DNA from: Harriotta raleighana
Lineage: Eukaryota
Direction: 5' to 3'
Length of the DNA: 64,000 bases
NCBI GenBank assembly: GCA_050575255.1
Contig: JBNZDD010013678.1
Location: forward strand, 4,746,753 to 4,810,752
The notes under the pieces: generated by a model
The model's input: the letters and a program-made list of their open reading frames with translations, nothing else
Told to the model about the DNA's origin: nothing
Database searches by the model: none
Position numbers and translations under genes: made by a program
Part shown: in pieces, positions 12,753-26,924 of the stretch
Numbering within the stretch: position 1 is the first letter of the stretch
Layout: every line of letters starts with the position of its first letter

Positions 12753-12941
12753 CTCTTGAGTGGTCTGATGAAATGTAACTGCCATCTGAAGAACAGCCTC
12801 ATATTCTTTTATTGTTTTGTTGACTTGCTGATGAACAGTGAGAAGCTCCACAATCCTTTCACTTTTTTCCTTCTGTGAGACACCTTTCAGCACCAAGAGC
12901 TCAGCTGTTTTTACGATATACTCCACCTCAGCGTTCAATTG
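12753..12941 (-). CDS. CCDC141: CCDC141 exon 15 (QLNAEVEYIVK...HQTTQE)
   Basis: tag|CAA acceptor, GAG|gtatat donor, 189 nt. Confidence 0.92.
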
Positions 12942-13457
12942 CTAGTCATGAAATCAAAGCCACAAAAGCAATTCAGATGAAGTGACAACGAGATGCAGGG
13001 AAACAGTGCCTGGTCTAAATCTTTCCCAAAGCAGGCTGCTGAAACTAATATCTTGGTCAATCTTTCTCTGCCATTGAATACAGTTAAATACCAGTAAAGT
13101 CTGAAAGTTGAAAAACCTTCTCAAAGTATGCAATCTCACTCAGCTGTGGCTGCATATAAAATATTGCCCCCTAGTCCAATTTGAAAATAAATATAAATAA
13201 CATGAATGGAAAACAATTTCACCCGTGTTCCTTATTCTACACGAGCACAGATGTCAAACATCGCCCTTTATTAAACATTTTGGAGAGGAATGATGCATTC
13301 CTCTGTCAGCCAATACAGTATTTTCATCTAGTTTACATGTTCCGGATGAACTCTCGGAGAGAAGTTCTCGCATACTCACAAATGTGTAAAGCTTATTCAG
13401 TAATTAAATGGGCGGTCTGATTCAGCATTTTAACAGGAATCAAGCAGCAGCCCTCAC

Positions 13458-13583
13458 CTGTAAATGTGGCTTTGCTTTACTGAATTTCTCCTGCAAATTG
13501 GCAATGGTCTCAAGATTGGTACCAAGGTCGATCCTAGACTCGGGGACAAGTTCCTCTTCAAGGGTCTTCAGACTGCCAATTGT
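13458..13583 (-). CDS. CCDC141: CCDC141 exon 14 (TIGSLKTLEEELVPESRIDLGTNLETIANLQEKFSKAKPHLQ)
   Basis: Not in the ORF track. cag|ACA acceptor, CAG|gtgagg donor, 126 nt. Confidence 0.92.
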
Positions 13584-15384
13584 CTGAACAAGAGAAAATA
13601 TCCAACATAGAATTCTTATTCAGGAAGAATTTACTTGGAGATGGTGCAGACAATTGCATTTTGTAAATCAGCTGTGAAATATGTTCACATAAAATGCTGC
13701 TCTAAATTAACCTTCAGTAGCATAAATACAACAGGGATGAACTTTTAAAAAATGCACGGAATTAGAAAAAGTCTGTTCGTCCATCAGTTTTTTTTTCTAT
13801 CACAGACATGTACACATGTTCGATACAAATCGCTCTGATTCTTAACAGTGTATATTTCGTAAAAACATTTTTGCAAAGATTGACAGACAATTAAAATTAC
13901 AATTTGCATATACAGCGGCTTTCACATCGCCAAGGCATCTCAAAGCACTTCACACCACTGACAGAGACAAAGGCGAAGGATGTTATACAACAAATTACAT
14001 TTATATAGAGGTTTCACATCAGAGGACATCCCAATGCGCTGGACAGATATGGGTTTTCACCTGAGCTAGGGTTTTGAATTAAGAGGTAGAGGGTACTGTG
14101 GGGAAATCTGTCAGATAGTAGACCATTATTTTATTTTGATTTTAGCTCAGGCTTCTAGAATTAAGCTTTGCAATGTTATTTTAGAGAGATAGTCACATTC
14201 TTCGATGTTTAATGATATTAAAAATCCCACATGTCTGCTGGTTGATGAAATATTGTGCACTTGGATTCATGCAGCTGAGTATGTGCAGAATGTTCCTCAG
14301 CCCTTGGCAGAAAATATAAATCCAGCTTTCTGCTCCAAACCATTACCTCATACTTCCAGCAACGCAATAACAGCATAAAACTGCAAGGCTAAGTTTGTTA
14401 TGAACTGCTCTGAAGTACAAAGGTGCACGGTATAGTTTAAAATAAATAGGTTATTCGCAAGACCACTACTACAGAGTTAATCTTACAACTCCTAACCTTA
14501 ATGCAGACTTCAACTTAAAGCCAGGCTCAAATCAACCATACGCATTTAACTGATGCAAATTTTCTGCCAATTCTAATAGAAATAAAATGCAATGTGTTCA
14601 TTGGTGTGGAAGTGAATACTGCATCTTCTATTGAGCAAATAGTTAGCCCTGACCTGGAGTTAGCCATGGGGGAACTGCAATTCTGCTCCTGTCAACCTGA
14701 CCTTATCTGAACATGATTCCTGCAAGACTTGAAGTATAAATGTGGATATAAATTAGGGGACAAATTCAGAACAGTTGTAAATCCATGGGTTAGGAACCAA
14801 AGCAATTCTTTTGGATTCTATTCACTTATAATCTATAAATCACCTCTGAGGGGGAAAAAAAACACATTCATCTCCTTTCCCCTCTGTGACACTCAAGTCT
14901 CTCGAGGTGAAGCATTAGGGTTTTAGTTAAACCGCAATTCTTTTCTAAGGCTACCTCATGACGCACTGTGTTTCTATACAAACAATGATCAATGTGGAAA
15001 CACGTAATTAGTATAGACTATACCTGGCAAATTGTGATTGATCCTTTGACAATTTAGCAATTATTACATTTTTGGAAGGTCTCACTGACCTTGTAAGAAT
15101 TTTTTTCAGTCTTGGAACTTTCTTACCAACAAATCTACATTGCTTGCCCTGTGATTCGGAGCCACTTCTGACATTATTCCAGCTGAAAACTTATTTACAA
15201 TGTTTTCCCTGACCTCCTAAAATTATGTATTTATTGTTGCATAATTTTCCACAGGAGGCATTTCCTTCAGCAATTACACTGCAAATGACAAACCACAGTA
15301 ATGGAAACTGCTTTAGAGATCCAAAGCAAAGTTGTGAGTGTTGGTTTCTTAATACTTGAATAACTTTGCCCGAGTTTGCCTTAC

Positions 15385-15564
15385 CCTTTTAACTTGCTCT
15401 TTGAATTTCTTCCACTGTTTTTTAACTGATTTAATTTGATTTAGGCGCAGTTGGCATGTTGTCCACTGGTCTGTGAGAGCCAATTTTCTCTTGTCCAACT
15501 GATCCACTGTGCTGTCGATCACAGTCACAGCAGTTTTCATGTTTTTACTCAAACTTTCATTTGT
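15385..15564 (-). CDS. CCDC141: CCDC141 exon 13 (TNESLSKNMK...QWKKFKEQVKR)
   Basis: cag|ACA acceptor, AGG|gtaagg donor, 180 nt. Confidence 0.92.
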
Positions 15565-16907
15565 CTGGAAAAACAAATAAATAAGCAAGTTTCAATGGGA
15601 AACTGCTGCAGTAAAAGACACAATTATTTTCACTGCAATATTCCAATGCTTCAATCACAGGATTTTTATTTGACTAGGTTAATAAAATATGTAGTTCATT
15701 ACATCTTTCATCAGGTTCATCAACCTTAAAACCGCGTGTTCCACACATACATTGTCAAATCAGATTTTTAATTTATGCTTCTAATTAGTCTCCATAATAT
15801 TTTCCGTCACACTGCAATGTCATATCATTAGTGTTTAAGGAATGCATCCATACAATATTTGCTATCTGCAAGTAAATAACATTCATGTTGTTGAATTCAC
15901 AACACTAATCAGATAATTAAACCATGGAACCATTTCCAACAAGGGCAATCAGTTATTTCCATACAGACCAGAATTTAAGAGGCTCAGTATAATGTCATAA
16001 CAAAAGCAATGACAATAAGGAAAGGCCCTTCAGCCTACTTAGCTTATCACTGGAGATATAATTAGAGATGTCATTTACTGAGTCCTGGGGTTTAGCCAGT
16101 TTATCTAATCTCCACAGGGAAGTAAATAATTGCACATAAAACAAGTGTGAAGATTAACAGATTTCTCAATTCCCAAAGGTCATCACATAAATACTTCACT
16201 TAATATGATATTCCGATATGTAAGTTTAGCAATTGAGGTTTGTCAGTAATATGTCAGTTTGTTGTAATCTATGGATGGGATATGAGTTGAGATTTAATTT
16301 ATTTGTGTAAAAAATGATCATAAAGGGGGTTTAACAGCATATCCTGTCTGCAAAGCAATTTGAGATGTCTCGAAGACATGATAAATCACTATATCAAATG
16401 CAAGGATTATCATTATTACAAATTAATTAAAAAATCTATTGAAAGAGTGAAAAATGATTAGGGTGAATAACAGACTTGACAATTGCATACAAGCCAAACA
16501 CCCAAACAGCAATTCACTCCTCTTCATTCTCACATCTGGAATTAATTCCTAAACAATGTGGCTTCTTATCAAATATGCAACTATCTTTCTTTTTTTTCCC
16601 CCTGCTTCTTCGTGTAAACATTTAAACATCTTCTGATTTAGTAACAGTGATGGTGGATAAGGGTGACTGAATCAAGCTTTGGTAAATGATACAAGCATCT
16701 GACCCACAAGCTACAAATTCAGTGTCCCATAAATCAGGAATGTTCAGAACACAGTCTCATTTATCTGCATGGGTTACAGGGAATAACTTGTAACTTTCGT
16801 ACAAGTGAATGCATCTATACTTGTGAAAACTTTAAAAAGAAATACAATCATTTGCTAGTTAAACTGAGAAATTCACATCAAAAGAGTTTAGTTTGAAAAA
16901 CTCTTAC

Positions 16908-17084
16908 CAGGAGTACTGAACTCTTGAAATTGAACCCCTTATCTTGGAGTGAAAGAAAGCACTTGAGGACAGATTGCCATTTTGTGTCAGCAGCCTCCAG
17001 CATGACCTTAGTCTTTTCTTCATTGTCTTCTTCTACAGGACAAGATTGATAATAACCTTCCAAGCTTTGCATGGCCTCTTCCAC
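16908..17084 (-). CDS. CCDC141: CCDC141 exon 12 (VEEAMQSLEGYY...SSVLL)
   Basis: cag|GTG acceptor, CTG|gtaaga donor, 177 nt. Confidence 0.92.
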
Positions 17085-17673
17085 CTGAATATATTAAGTG
17101 TAACACAAATTAATTATATTACAGCACCTTGGGACGTCCTCCAGATGTGAAAGGCACTATACAAATGTAATTTTGTTGTTGGGGTATAAAACTTTCAATC
17201 TATTCAATCACTCAATTATCCAATGAGTTTGTTGACGAACCAACTATCTACTAAGAGCAAGAATTCTCAACACCAACAACAACTTGCATTTATATAGGGC
17301 CCTCCATGCAAGGTTGTGAGTCAGAGAACTATTCTCAGCTTCTGTTCGCCTTGCAAGGGAGACATGTGCTACCTCATTAAAGTGCAATCATTTTAAATAT
17401 TACAAAGTATTACAATTAATTTGTAAATAATATTTCAAGTAATGAATAAATGAGTTACGCCTTCAAGCCTTATTGAACTACACAAATAAATGTGTTTGAA
17501 ATCACACTAAGGAATAAAGATACCATTTAAATCTTGCTTCTGTTATTGAGATTTATGGATTATCCAATTGCTATGGATTTGTTTCACTTTTTTAAAAAAA
17601 ATACCAATTTCAATTCAATATGAATTAATACAATGGTTGATATTTTTTCTTTTAAAAGTAAAGACAATTTCAC

Positions 17674-17865
17674 CTCTTCAGCATATTTCAGAAAGGACTT
17701 GTAGCCTTGTAGGAGTTCAATTCGTGTGTTCAGGCTCCGGCACAAAACTTTCCACTCCGCATTCAGTAAAGCAAACCTTTCAGAAAACGATTTTGTTTCT
17801 GGAACTTCCAACATGTCTCCTTGTGTGATGATGTCAGTAATGACTGCTATTTTTTTTGCTACCCC
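17674..17865 (-). CDS. CCDC141: CCDC141 exon 11 (GVAKKIAV...FLKYAEE)
   Basis: cag|GGG acceptor, GAG|gtgaaa donor, 192 nt. Confidence 0.92.
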
Positions 17866-18846
17866 CTGAAGCAATAAAACATCATTGCAGTTAGATGCAT
17901 TCAACAATCATGGAGGTGAACAATTGTACAGTATTATAAAATGAACCTGCACAATGTCTATTGACTTAGCAAAATGCTCTTAAGCATCTACCTTGTTCCT
18001 TTTTTTCCTTTGCTCTGCCAAACCAAACCTTCTTTGCTCGTTATTTCTTAATCATATTATGTATGGTGCTACCTTACAAAGAATTTAAAGAAGGGTCATC
18101 TTATTTTTAATGGAACAAAACCTTATCAGGAATAAGTGTGTTACAATATCAATAAAATAAATCTGTTCAGGACCCCCAAAAATGTCACTATCTTCATCAA
18201 ATTCTATGAGAGGAGACATTTAATGTTTGTCAGTTAATAATAATAATAATAATCCTTGTATTTGATATAGCGCTTTTCGCATCTTATCAACGTCCCAAAG
18301 CGCCTTGAGAAATGATAGCAGATGTACACATCGGGTTGAGAACTAAGTATCACAAAGCCACTGATAATTATACAAATCAAAATATAAAGCTTTCTAAAAA
18401 ACAATCACAAATATAATTCAATGAAGAACATGAGAACCAGCCCTGGTTAGATTTTATAATTTGACTTTTTTGGTGCATAATCACAAAAGATAATGTCTGT
18501 TCATGAAATATGCAGTCGGGCTGGGGTTCCAGTAATAAGCCTTGTAAATATGTTCACAGGAATTCCACTTATAAATAGCCCGAGAATCTATCATTCATAA
18601 GCTATTATGAGCATTGGTAATACTCCCCACCACTAGCTCATTTATGCTTCTGATCAGCATGAATGTATGTCTGTCTGTCTGTCTATATAATATGCTGGTC
18701 AGTTATATAAAGAGATAGCAGGGTGGGGGAATCTCTCTATATATATATTACATGTTTGTGTGTGTGTATAGGTATCTATCTAGATAAATATATATACAGT
18801 AGATATATATATATGCTAGGTTACAAAGTTTCAGTAAATATTTTAC

Positions 18847-18966
18847 CTTGGATTGATCAGATATTTCCATGTGTTTGTTTAAAACGTCTTCAGATTCAGA
18901 GAGCGAGGATCCTGGTTCCAATTTGCCAGCAAATATCGGACGATATGTTTGTAGCCAGATTGAGAC
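18847..18966 (-). CDS. CCDC141: CCDC141 exon 10 (VSIWLQ...ISDQSK)
   Basis: aag|GTC acceptor, AAG|gtaaaa donor, 120 nt. Confidence 0.92.
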
Positions 18967-19790
18967 CTTGAGAAATGACACATTTATAGTCAGACCAATG
19001 TTCTGAGAATGCTTCCATGCACAAAAGTTTAAAACATTTATTTTACCAACATAGATCTCATACTAATTAAAATGTTCTCTACATTATACTCAAATGTGTT
19101 TGCTGGTATTTCATATTTGGAGCCTGCTTTACTTTCCATGTGATTTATCTGAAGTACAGTATATGATTCTGTTAAACTAACAGCTAAAATAATCCTTACA
19201 GTTTGCCTCCTGCGGGGCATTGAATGGGGAAAGTCCATTGAAGTGTAAGATCTACATAATCTGATGGAAGGATTGACTGAGTATTGACTGAGACAAGCAG
19301 CTTGTTCTCTCCTCTTGATTATGTAGTATGAATAAACTTCTAAAAACTATGATTGACACTGGAAAATTACATGACCTTGAAATGTATTGTATGTGATTGC
19401 AAAATGATACATTAGTTCATTACAATTAACTGAATAAGTGACAGATTACATCTTTTTGAAATAGGTTAATAATAGTCCTTGCATTTGATATAGCACTTTT
19501 CATGTCTTCTAGATGTCTCAAAGCACTTCACAGAATATACTGTAAAATGAATTGACTGTATATATGTGGATGAAATACGGCAGCCAATTGTGCAAAGCAG
19601 TGTCCTACAAAAAGTCGCGGATTTAAATGACCAATTTATTATAGTTTTTTTTAGGGATTACTATATTTGATGATATATGGGATCATATATAGGATATGAT
19701 GTTTTTAAATGAGGTTCAGTAATAAGAGGGAATCGGTTTTATTAACGTCACAGATTGACTTGTAGTGGTCACTCTTGTTTTCTTGGGTAC

Positions 19791-19932
19791 CTTGTCAAAA
19801 TGATCTTCAAAGCAAGTGATCAGATCCTGCTTCTTTAAGTCCAATTCCTTATGAGCGAAACACTGCCCAGTTAGTTGACGCTCTCGCTCGCGAATGTAGC
19901 CCACCATCTCCTGAATTCCACTGGCCCTGGAA
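19791..19932 (-). CDS. CCDC141: CCDC141 exon 9 (SRASGIQEMVG...HFDK)
   Basis: tag|T acceptor, AAG|gtaccc donor, 142 nt, phase 2-0. Confidence 0.92.
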
Positions 19933-20609
19933 CTAAACACACAAAGACAGCTGCTGGTATAGCTCCCTACCCAATAAAGGGACTGAGCTAGGACTCAATG
20001 AATTCAGAACAGACATAGAATAAAAATAGTCAGGCATCAGTTACACACACCATTTCCATGAAGAGCATATCCTCACTCTGACCTTGCAACTCTTATGGAT
20101 TTACCAAGCAAGATATTAACATTTCAAATGTTCTTATATATTATCTGAACTCACAATTACTATAGACACACACACATATATACTGTATCAGGAATGTTCT
20201 TAGAATATTTAATTTTTTGTAAAATTTGGGTGTTAAAAATTAAGCAAAAATGCCAATAGACAAAGCTGGGGTATTTACCTAAACTTATACCAATGGGCTG
20301 AGATTCTAATATATATTTATAAACATCCACCTACTCCAGCATAGCTGCAGCTCTACTTATCATTAAAAACGATTGAATGTTCTGAGTATCAGTTTGGCCA
20401 AGTGATCTTAGTGCTGCCATCTATCGGTACATTACTCAAGATCTCTCATAAACCTTTTCTGTTTCAGAAGTGCATATTCTTACCTGAGCAAACACATAAT
20501 ATGTCATTAAAAGTGCTTCACTTATGCAAGGAATCAGCCTCTCCATTTTATTCATTGAAACTCACACACAAATAGTGTAAATATTATATCAAAACGATCA
20601 TTTTCTTAC

Positions 20610-20782
20610 CTTTGGGGGCCTATTTTATTTAGTAGCATTTCTCCCTTGTGAAGAGCAACTGAAACTGCATCACTGATTGCCTGGCACAGAGATTGATGTT
20701 CTTTAGAAAGTTCAAGCAAGCACAGGGTCTGAGAATTAAGGTCCTTCAGATGGGTTTCGATGATTCCTAGTACATCAAAGCC
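20610..20782 (-). CDS. CCDC141: CCDC141 exon 8 (GFDVLGIIETHLK...IGPQ)
   Basis: cag|GGC acceptor, AG|gtaaga donor, 173 nt, phase 0-2. Confidence 0.92.
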
Positions 20783-20865
20783 CTGTTTACAGGAATACAA
20801 CAAGTTATTCAATCATCTTGTACCATATTTTAAAACATGATGAAACAAGGGATATGATTAAAGGC

Positions 20866-21170
20866 ATAATAATAATCCTTGCATTTGATATAGTGCTTTT
20901 CAGATCTTCTAGACATCTCAAAGTGCTTCACAGAATATACTGTGAAGTGATTTGACTATATATATATATATGTCTGGGCGACATGCAACAACCAATTGCA
21001 CACAGTAGTGTCCCACAAACAATCGTGGATTGAAATGCTAAAATTTTTTGAGGGATTATTATTAGGAGTGTGGAGTAAGAAAATTTACCCAAGGTGTTGC
21101 CCTGACTGGAATTGAACCCAGGTCTCTCGCTCGGAAGATGAGTGCTCTTACCACTGTGCTACAGGACTCC
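20866..21170 (-). mobile_element. Full-length SINE of the same family
   Basis: Reverse complement of the head, body and tail of the 27742 copy. Confidence 0.88.
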
Positions 21171-23551
21171 AGAACCTTCGCCTTTTACACACACTATCGC
21201 TTTGATATTATTAATGGGCCATTCAGCCCATCAAACCTGTATTGGCTCAGAAAGCAAGGACTCAATCCCCTTACTCCATCTTATCCCCATATCCCTTCCA
21301 GCCCTTCTCTTTCATACTTGTGTCTACTTTCCTTCTGACAGCTGCAAAGGATTCTACCTCCACCACCCTATTCGGCTGAGCATTCCACATCCAAACTATA
21401 CTCCAGGTGAAAGGATTCCTTCTACGTTCCTTTTATAAGGTGACTTATTAAGAATCTGGCTGTACGGAATTGATGTATTGGCCTAAACAGTTCTCAGGAA
21501 CAGTACCTAATTACAACCTCACAGAGACAACTTCTGATCCAGCTCAGTATTCATCAAAGTGAATTGCATCTCTGAGTTGGTAACTGGGGTGGCTCTGGGG
21601 TATCCTATTCCCTGCTTGGCGTACTTGACATTTCCAATCAATAAATAAAACAGCAGCCATGAAGCAAATGACCAAAGGAGATTGCTAACTGGGACAAACT
21701 CTCTTTACTGTTCAATAGTACCTAGAGAATTTTAACGTCCACCCGAACAGCCAATGAGTCAATGAGGGATAAAGTTCAAGTTATTGATGAGTAAAGTGCA
21801 GATAATTGAAGCACATTTAGAAACAAAGGAGATTAATTGACAGACCTTTCAAGTAACAATGACTATATTACTCAATCAAAATAACATTTCCCTAAACGAT
21901 AATGAGGTTGTCTAAGAGCAGGATACGGAAAGGCTGACATTCAAAAGAGGAGATAACCAAGGAAAATGTAATTATGGTTTTTTAATGCGGATGATAGGTG
22001 GGCTGCTTGCTGAATAATGAGGAAAGATCGTGAATATTTTGGAGCAGTGAAGTGAAATGCAGGGCAGAAAGCCCGAACAAATCTATCACCCCTTAAACCT
22101 TGTCTGCATTATGTGTTAAAATCCTTCAAATTCAGCTGGGCAGTAATTGGGATATGATGTATATCACATTGCAAAAAAAGAGGAATTTCTACATGGCTCG
22201 AAAAGATCCGATATTAAGAAAATCAATGCTGTACTTAACTTCATAATTGTTAGTGCAGAGGAAAGTCATGTTTGATAACCCTGTAAAAAGCACTGGTGGT
22301 ATGCTAGAGAGGGTTATGCTCATCTCTAGACATTCAGCTGTTGTACTAGACTGGATTGACACCTCTCACTGGGCTTCGCATTAAATCCATGAGTATTTTT
22401 ACCAAGACACATTTTCAGCAGCTTTCTTTCAGCTCAAGTGAGTATCAATAGCAAAACGCATCTTTATCGATCTCACATCAAAGGATAATTCAGAAATAAA
22501 GAGTTCCACCTGCTAATGGTAAACTTTTGTACTTAACAATCTGCTCCAATGATTACTTAATATTACAGGTGAAAAGTTTGCGTGAAAACTGAGGGGAGTG
22601 TGTCCTGATGAGTAAGAACCCTGTTCCAAACACAACTGGACCCCATTTTGGCTCACAGTGATGCAGAGAGTTTCCAATTTACATGCAGCAGCAAATACTG
22701 ACTGCAAAGACAAAACTATGCCTTTCCCCACACCCCCTGCACCACACCCATCCCCATCCCCCCCAAAAAAACACTTCTCCATGCTGACCATCCATTTAAA
22801 TCTCATCTTGAGCAGTGACTCACTTTGTTCTTGCAATGTTTCCATTCCCTACACATACGCTCAGCGTAAAGCCACTTGTGCCAATTAGTCACCACGTTAA
22901 GTCAGTTTGGACTGTGATGTTTTCCACTGTGAGTGGAGACGGCCAAGGCTTATATCACTCCTGACCTTTAAGAGATGTCAGAATCCCAATTCCCTGAAGC
23001 GCAAGTTACTACTGTGCAGTTTCGAATAGACCAGCAGTTCATTCCTTGGTATATTACTTTTTTTTAAATAAATTTCTTCCCTTTATAATTCATCTTTTGA
23101 TTTGCTTCATATTTAAACATTCGTTCTACGTCTTCCACTTTCTCATTTAACAGCGCCTATGGTTTAAGGAATTATTTTAACCTGCTAAGCTTCAGAAATA
23201 CACACGGCATTACTGTCAGTGCAACTAATACTTATTTACAGTATATTTTCAAACTTTCAATACTGCAGAAATTTATTCTGGAGACTCTGAATGAACAACT
23301 GAACAATGGGTAAAGGCAAAATAAGAAACGAGAATCCACAATAGTACAAGATTACATAAAAACCCTGTTGAACATTATAATTGTTCAATAAGCAGATTCA
23401 ATAACCAATAGAGAATGGTGTCTGAAATGTAGCTATTGCCATCCAGAAATTGCTCCAACAATTGCTACTGTCAATTCGCGAATACAATTGGGCCATTCAT
23501 CTACAAATTCACTAAAAGAAAACGCTGAATGAAAATGTCAGTAAAGATAAA

Positions 23552-24075
23552 AATAATAATAACCCTTGCATTTGACATAATGCTTTTCACATCTTTTAGA
23601 CGTCTCAAGGTGCTTCACAGAATATGCTACAAAATGAATTAACTTTATATATTATAATAATAATAATCCTTGCATTTGATATAGCACTTTTCACATCTTA
23701 TCGATGTCCCAAAGCGCTTCACAGAATATACTGTAAAGTGAATTGACTGCATATGTGACTGCATAACGCAGCAGCCAATTGCGGACAGCAGTGTCCCACA
23801 AACAGTCGTGGATTGAAATGATCAATTTTTTTTGAGGGATTAATGTTAGGTGTGTGGAGTAAGGAAACTTGCTAAAGGTTTTGCCCTGATCTGCCTGGAT
23901 TCGAACACAAGTCTCATGCTTGTATAGCGAGTGCTCTAACCACTGACCCACAGGAGCTCATGCCACGTTATTAAGCATGTGGAGTAAGGAAACTTGCCCA
24001 AGGTTTCACCCTGCCTGGAATTGAACCCAGGTGTCTTGCTTGCAAGCCGAGTGCTCTAACCACTGAGCTATAAGA
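23552..24075 (-). mobile_element. SINE cluster: tail fragment (about 23552-23650), full copy (23653-23959), head fragment (about 23977-24075)
   Basis: Three adjacent matches to the same family. Confidence 0.88.
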
Positions 24076-26097
24076 TCACACAGCATCACAAGATTGGTTT
24101 GGACGAAGAAGACCCTTCAGCCTATCCAATCTCATTGTTTCAGGGCCACCCACCGTACTGTATCTCTCTTTCTCTCTTCCCCCAACTACCATCAAGCTGA
24201 TCGTTGAATGAGTCCAATATCCTGGCCTTAATCACTCTTCCAGGCAACCTGTTTCAGTTGTTAAATACCCTTTGAGTAAAGGAAAAGCTTTACTCTCTCG
24301 GTGGCTATTTTGCAGCTGTCATTGTGCTCTTCAAACTTTTCAGCCCTTTCCTTGACTGTGAAACCATCTGAAAGTGAAACACCATCCACGATTACAACAT
24401 CACCTGTCACCGCCTGACAATCATCAAATGCTCCTTGTATCCTCACTCCCTACCTTCCACATAATATTCTCTGCATTTCACAGGATTGACTGCAATTCCA
24501 TGGGACATTAATTTTAGCGAGTAATTTTGAATGTTGCACCTTGTCAAACAGTAGTATGCTGGTCCCTGTTGATGTTTATCATTATTTGGGATTATTCTTA
24601 CGTGTCTTTCGAGATGATAGTACGTAGTAACTCAGCGTCGATTAAAGTTGTTGAAATCAGCCAAAGAATGAAGACATGTAAAATGACTTCATTAGCTTTG
24701 TGAGTGTGAGAATGTGCATATCAAGCATGATGTGTTTTCTCTGGGTGATTAATTAGAAATGCTATGAAGAACACATTTAGAGCAGCACTACAGAGTTGGT
24801 TAGCTCTGTAATGGCTAGTCATTTTCCAACACTGGACTTTATTTTCAAAATGGGTTCTTCATGTAAATTAGTTATACAGCTTGATCCACATTGTACGAAT
24901 ACAGCAAACCTGTGCGAACCTCAGGGCCAGGATGTGTATCTCATTGCATAGGAAGAACAAAGTATTTACGTACAGACAGCATGTGGAAATCTCTCGGATG
25001 CTACTGTCTTAAACACAACCTCAATAACTTTTTCTAATAATAATCCTTGCATTTTGATATAGTGCTTTTCACATCTTATCGACAACTCAAAGCGCTTCAC
25101 AGAATATACTGTAAAGTGAATTGATTGTATATTTGGGGGCAAAATGCGGCAGCCAATTGCGCACAGCAGTATCTCACAAACAGTCGTGGATTGAAATGAC
25201 CAATTTTTTTTATTATTGTGTTTCTTTTGGATGGATTATTATTTTTATCTCAATTCCTGTAAATAATTGGGGGTTTAAGCATTCATTCTTCTAAATCAGA
25301 TCCATGTGAAAATGAGGCAATTAAAATTTCAATTGATTTGGAAATGTTTTACTCAGCTCGCGGTAGATAGCAATCGAACAGCAGAAACTGACCCATAATT
25401 TGGCACAACTAGGCACGATGTTCAGCACTGACTCAGAAGCAGGATGAGGATGGGTTAGTGTAGGAAATAAAAAGCTTTGCACTAGTGCAATTGGAGCATG
25501 AAATTAAAGTACAGTTTTGGACAAAGTAGAAGGCATGCTCCTCATCTGGTTCTGGTTTAGTTCATCTGTAAGTGTTTAATGCTGATACTGAGGGTTAAAA
25601 AAAAACCAGTAAACCATTCCATAGTGTCCTCGCGTGTTATTGCTACTGGACATGAAGCAACATTACTTCCAGCAATGGAGGAATAGTGAATGCAGAAGCC
25701 TAATTTATACCGATTTTTTTTGTCACATTAGTCTGGGCTGTTTAAAAAACAAATGACCAAATGTGGAATGTTAAACGTAGAAAGTATCCCACAAATGTGC
25801 AGAGATATTCACAGGCATAGTCGTGTCTTTGTTTGCTGTCAGACCATAAATGGGAGATAGAAAATAAAGAAAGCTGAGAACTCAAACATAAAAGTGCAAT
25901 CACTGTAAAAACCACTCTAGCCTAAACATGTGCTTTGAAATGTCAGGTTGTGTTTTGAGCTACAACACAGACTTGGAATTCTGATTACATTGTGAATTGT
26001 TCAACTATCACATCAAAATTAATTTGAATCAAGCTGAACAGTGCACAAACTGTAGTTCACCTGTACAATTGCGGGTATGAAAACAGGCTAATATTTA

Positions 26098-26494
26098 ACA
26101 TTAATCCTTGCATTCAAGATTGGAGGACATCTCAAAATGCTTCACTGAATTTACTGTCAAGTGTCATGACTGTGTATTTTGAAGGTAAACTTGGAAGCCA
26201 ATTTGCCCCGAGCATTATTCCATAACATGACGTGAAAGACCAATTTATTGGCCATGACATTGGAAAAAAAATCAGTTCGGCTTTCAAATAGAGCCATGGG
26301 CTTTCTAACATCCAGCTGAAGAGGAATGAGGGACCTCACTTTAACATCCGATGCAAAAGATGGCTCCACCAACAAAGAGACATTCACCAGTACTGTAATG
26401 GAGTGTCAGCATACACTAGAACTTCAAAGTACCCATATACGGCTTGAACCTACAAGCATCTGATTTAGAGCACTACCAAATGAGCCAGGCTGAC
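26098..26494 (-). mobile_element. Older Deu-domain SINE (SacSINE1/AmnSINE1-like)
   Basis: Reverse complement resembles the recalled Deu core (gccatcttttgcatcggatgttaaagtgaggtcc...ggatgttagaaagcccatggctctatttgaa), with a tRNA-like head and L2-like tail. Confidence 0.65.
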
Positions 26495-26808
26495 AATGAA
26501 GGGAGTTTGTTGTAGTGCCAAGTACTATAATTCCTTGTTTATAACCAGCTGCAGCACAAAGGCATTCACTTTTTCCTGCTTCTTTTTGCTAAACACATTT
26601 TTGTGTAGAAGACACAAGAGGCTCGCAGAAACATTTCACAGATTTGGTTGTGTTAATCCAGGAGAGATACTTTTGTTCTCGAGACGAAACAGAATCTTTT
26701 GAAAGCCCGTCTTGCACCAAGAAGCGACAATCAGAACCATAAAGCTTTTCAAATCTTTTTATTGCTTACTCCATCCTAGTTACCTACTTCTGAGAGCAAT
26801 CTACAGTA

Positions 26809-26924
26809 CAGTTAACCCTCGCCGAAGGCGACTTTATCGATTGTGAATTCACGTATATGCAACGATTTCGTTGAGTGCGCAGTTTTCCAGGAACGTAACC
26901 CACGTGATCGACGAGGGTTAAGTG
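26809..26924. mobile_element. Tc1/mariner (Tigger-like) MITE, 116 bp
   Basis: TIRs cagttaaccctcg / cgagggttaagtg (1 mismatch), flanked by TA on both sides. Confidence 0.75.
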
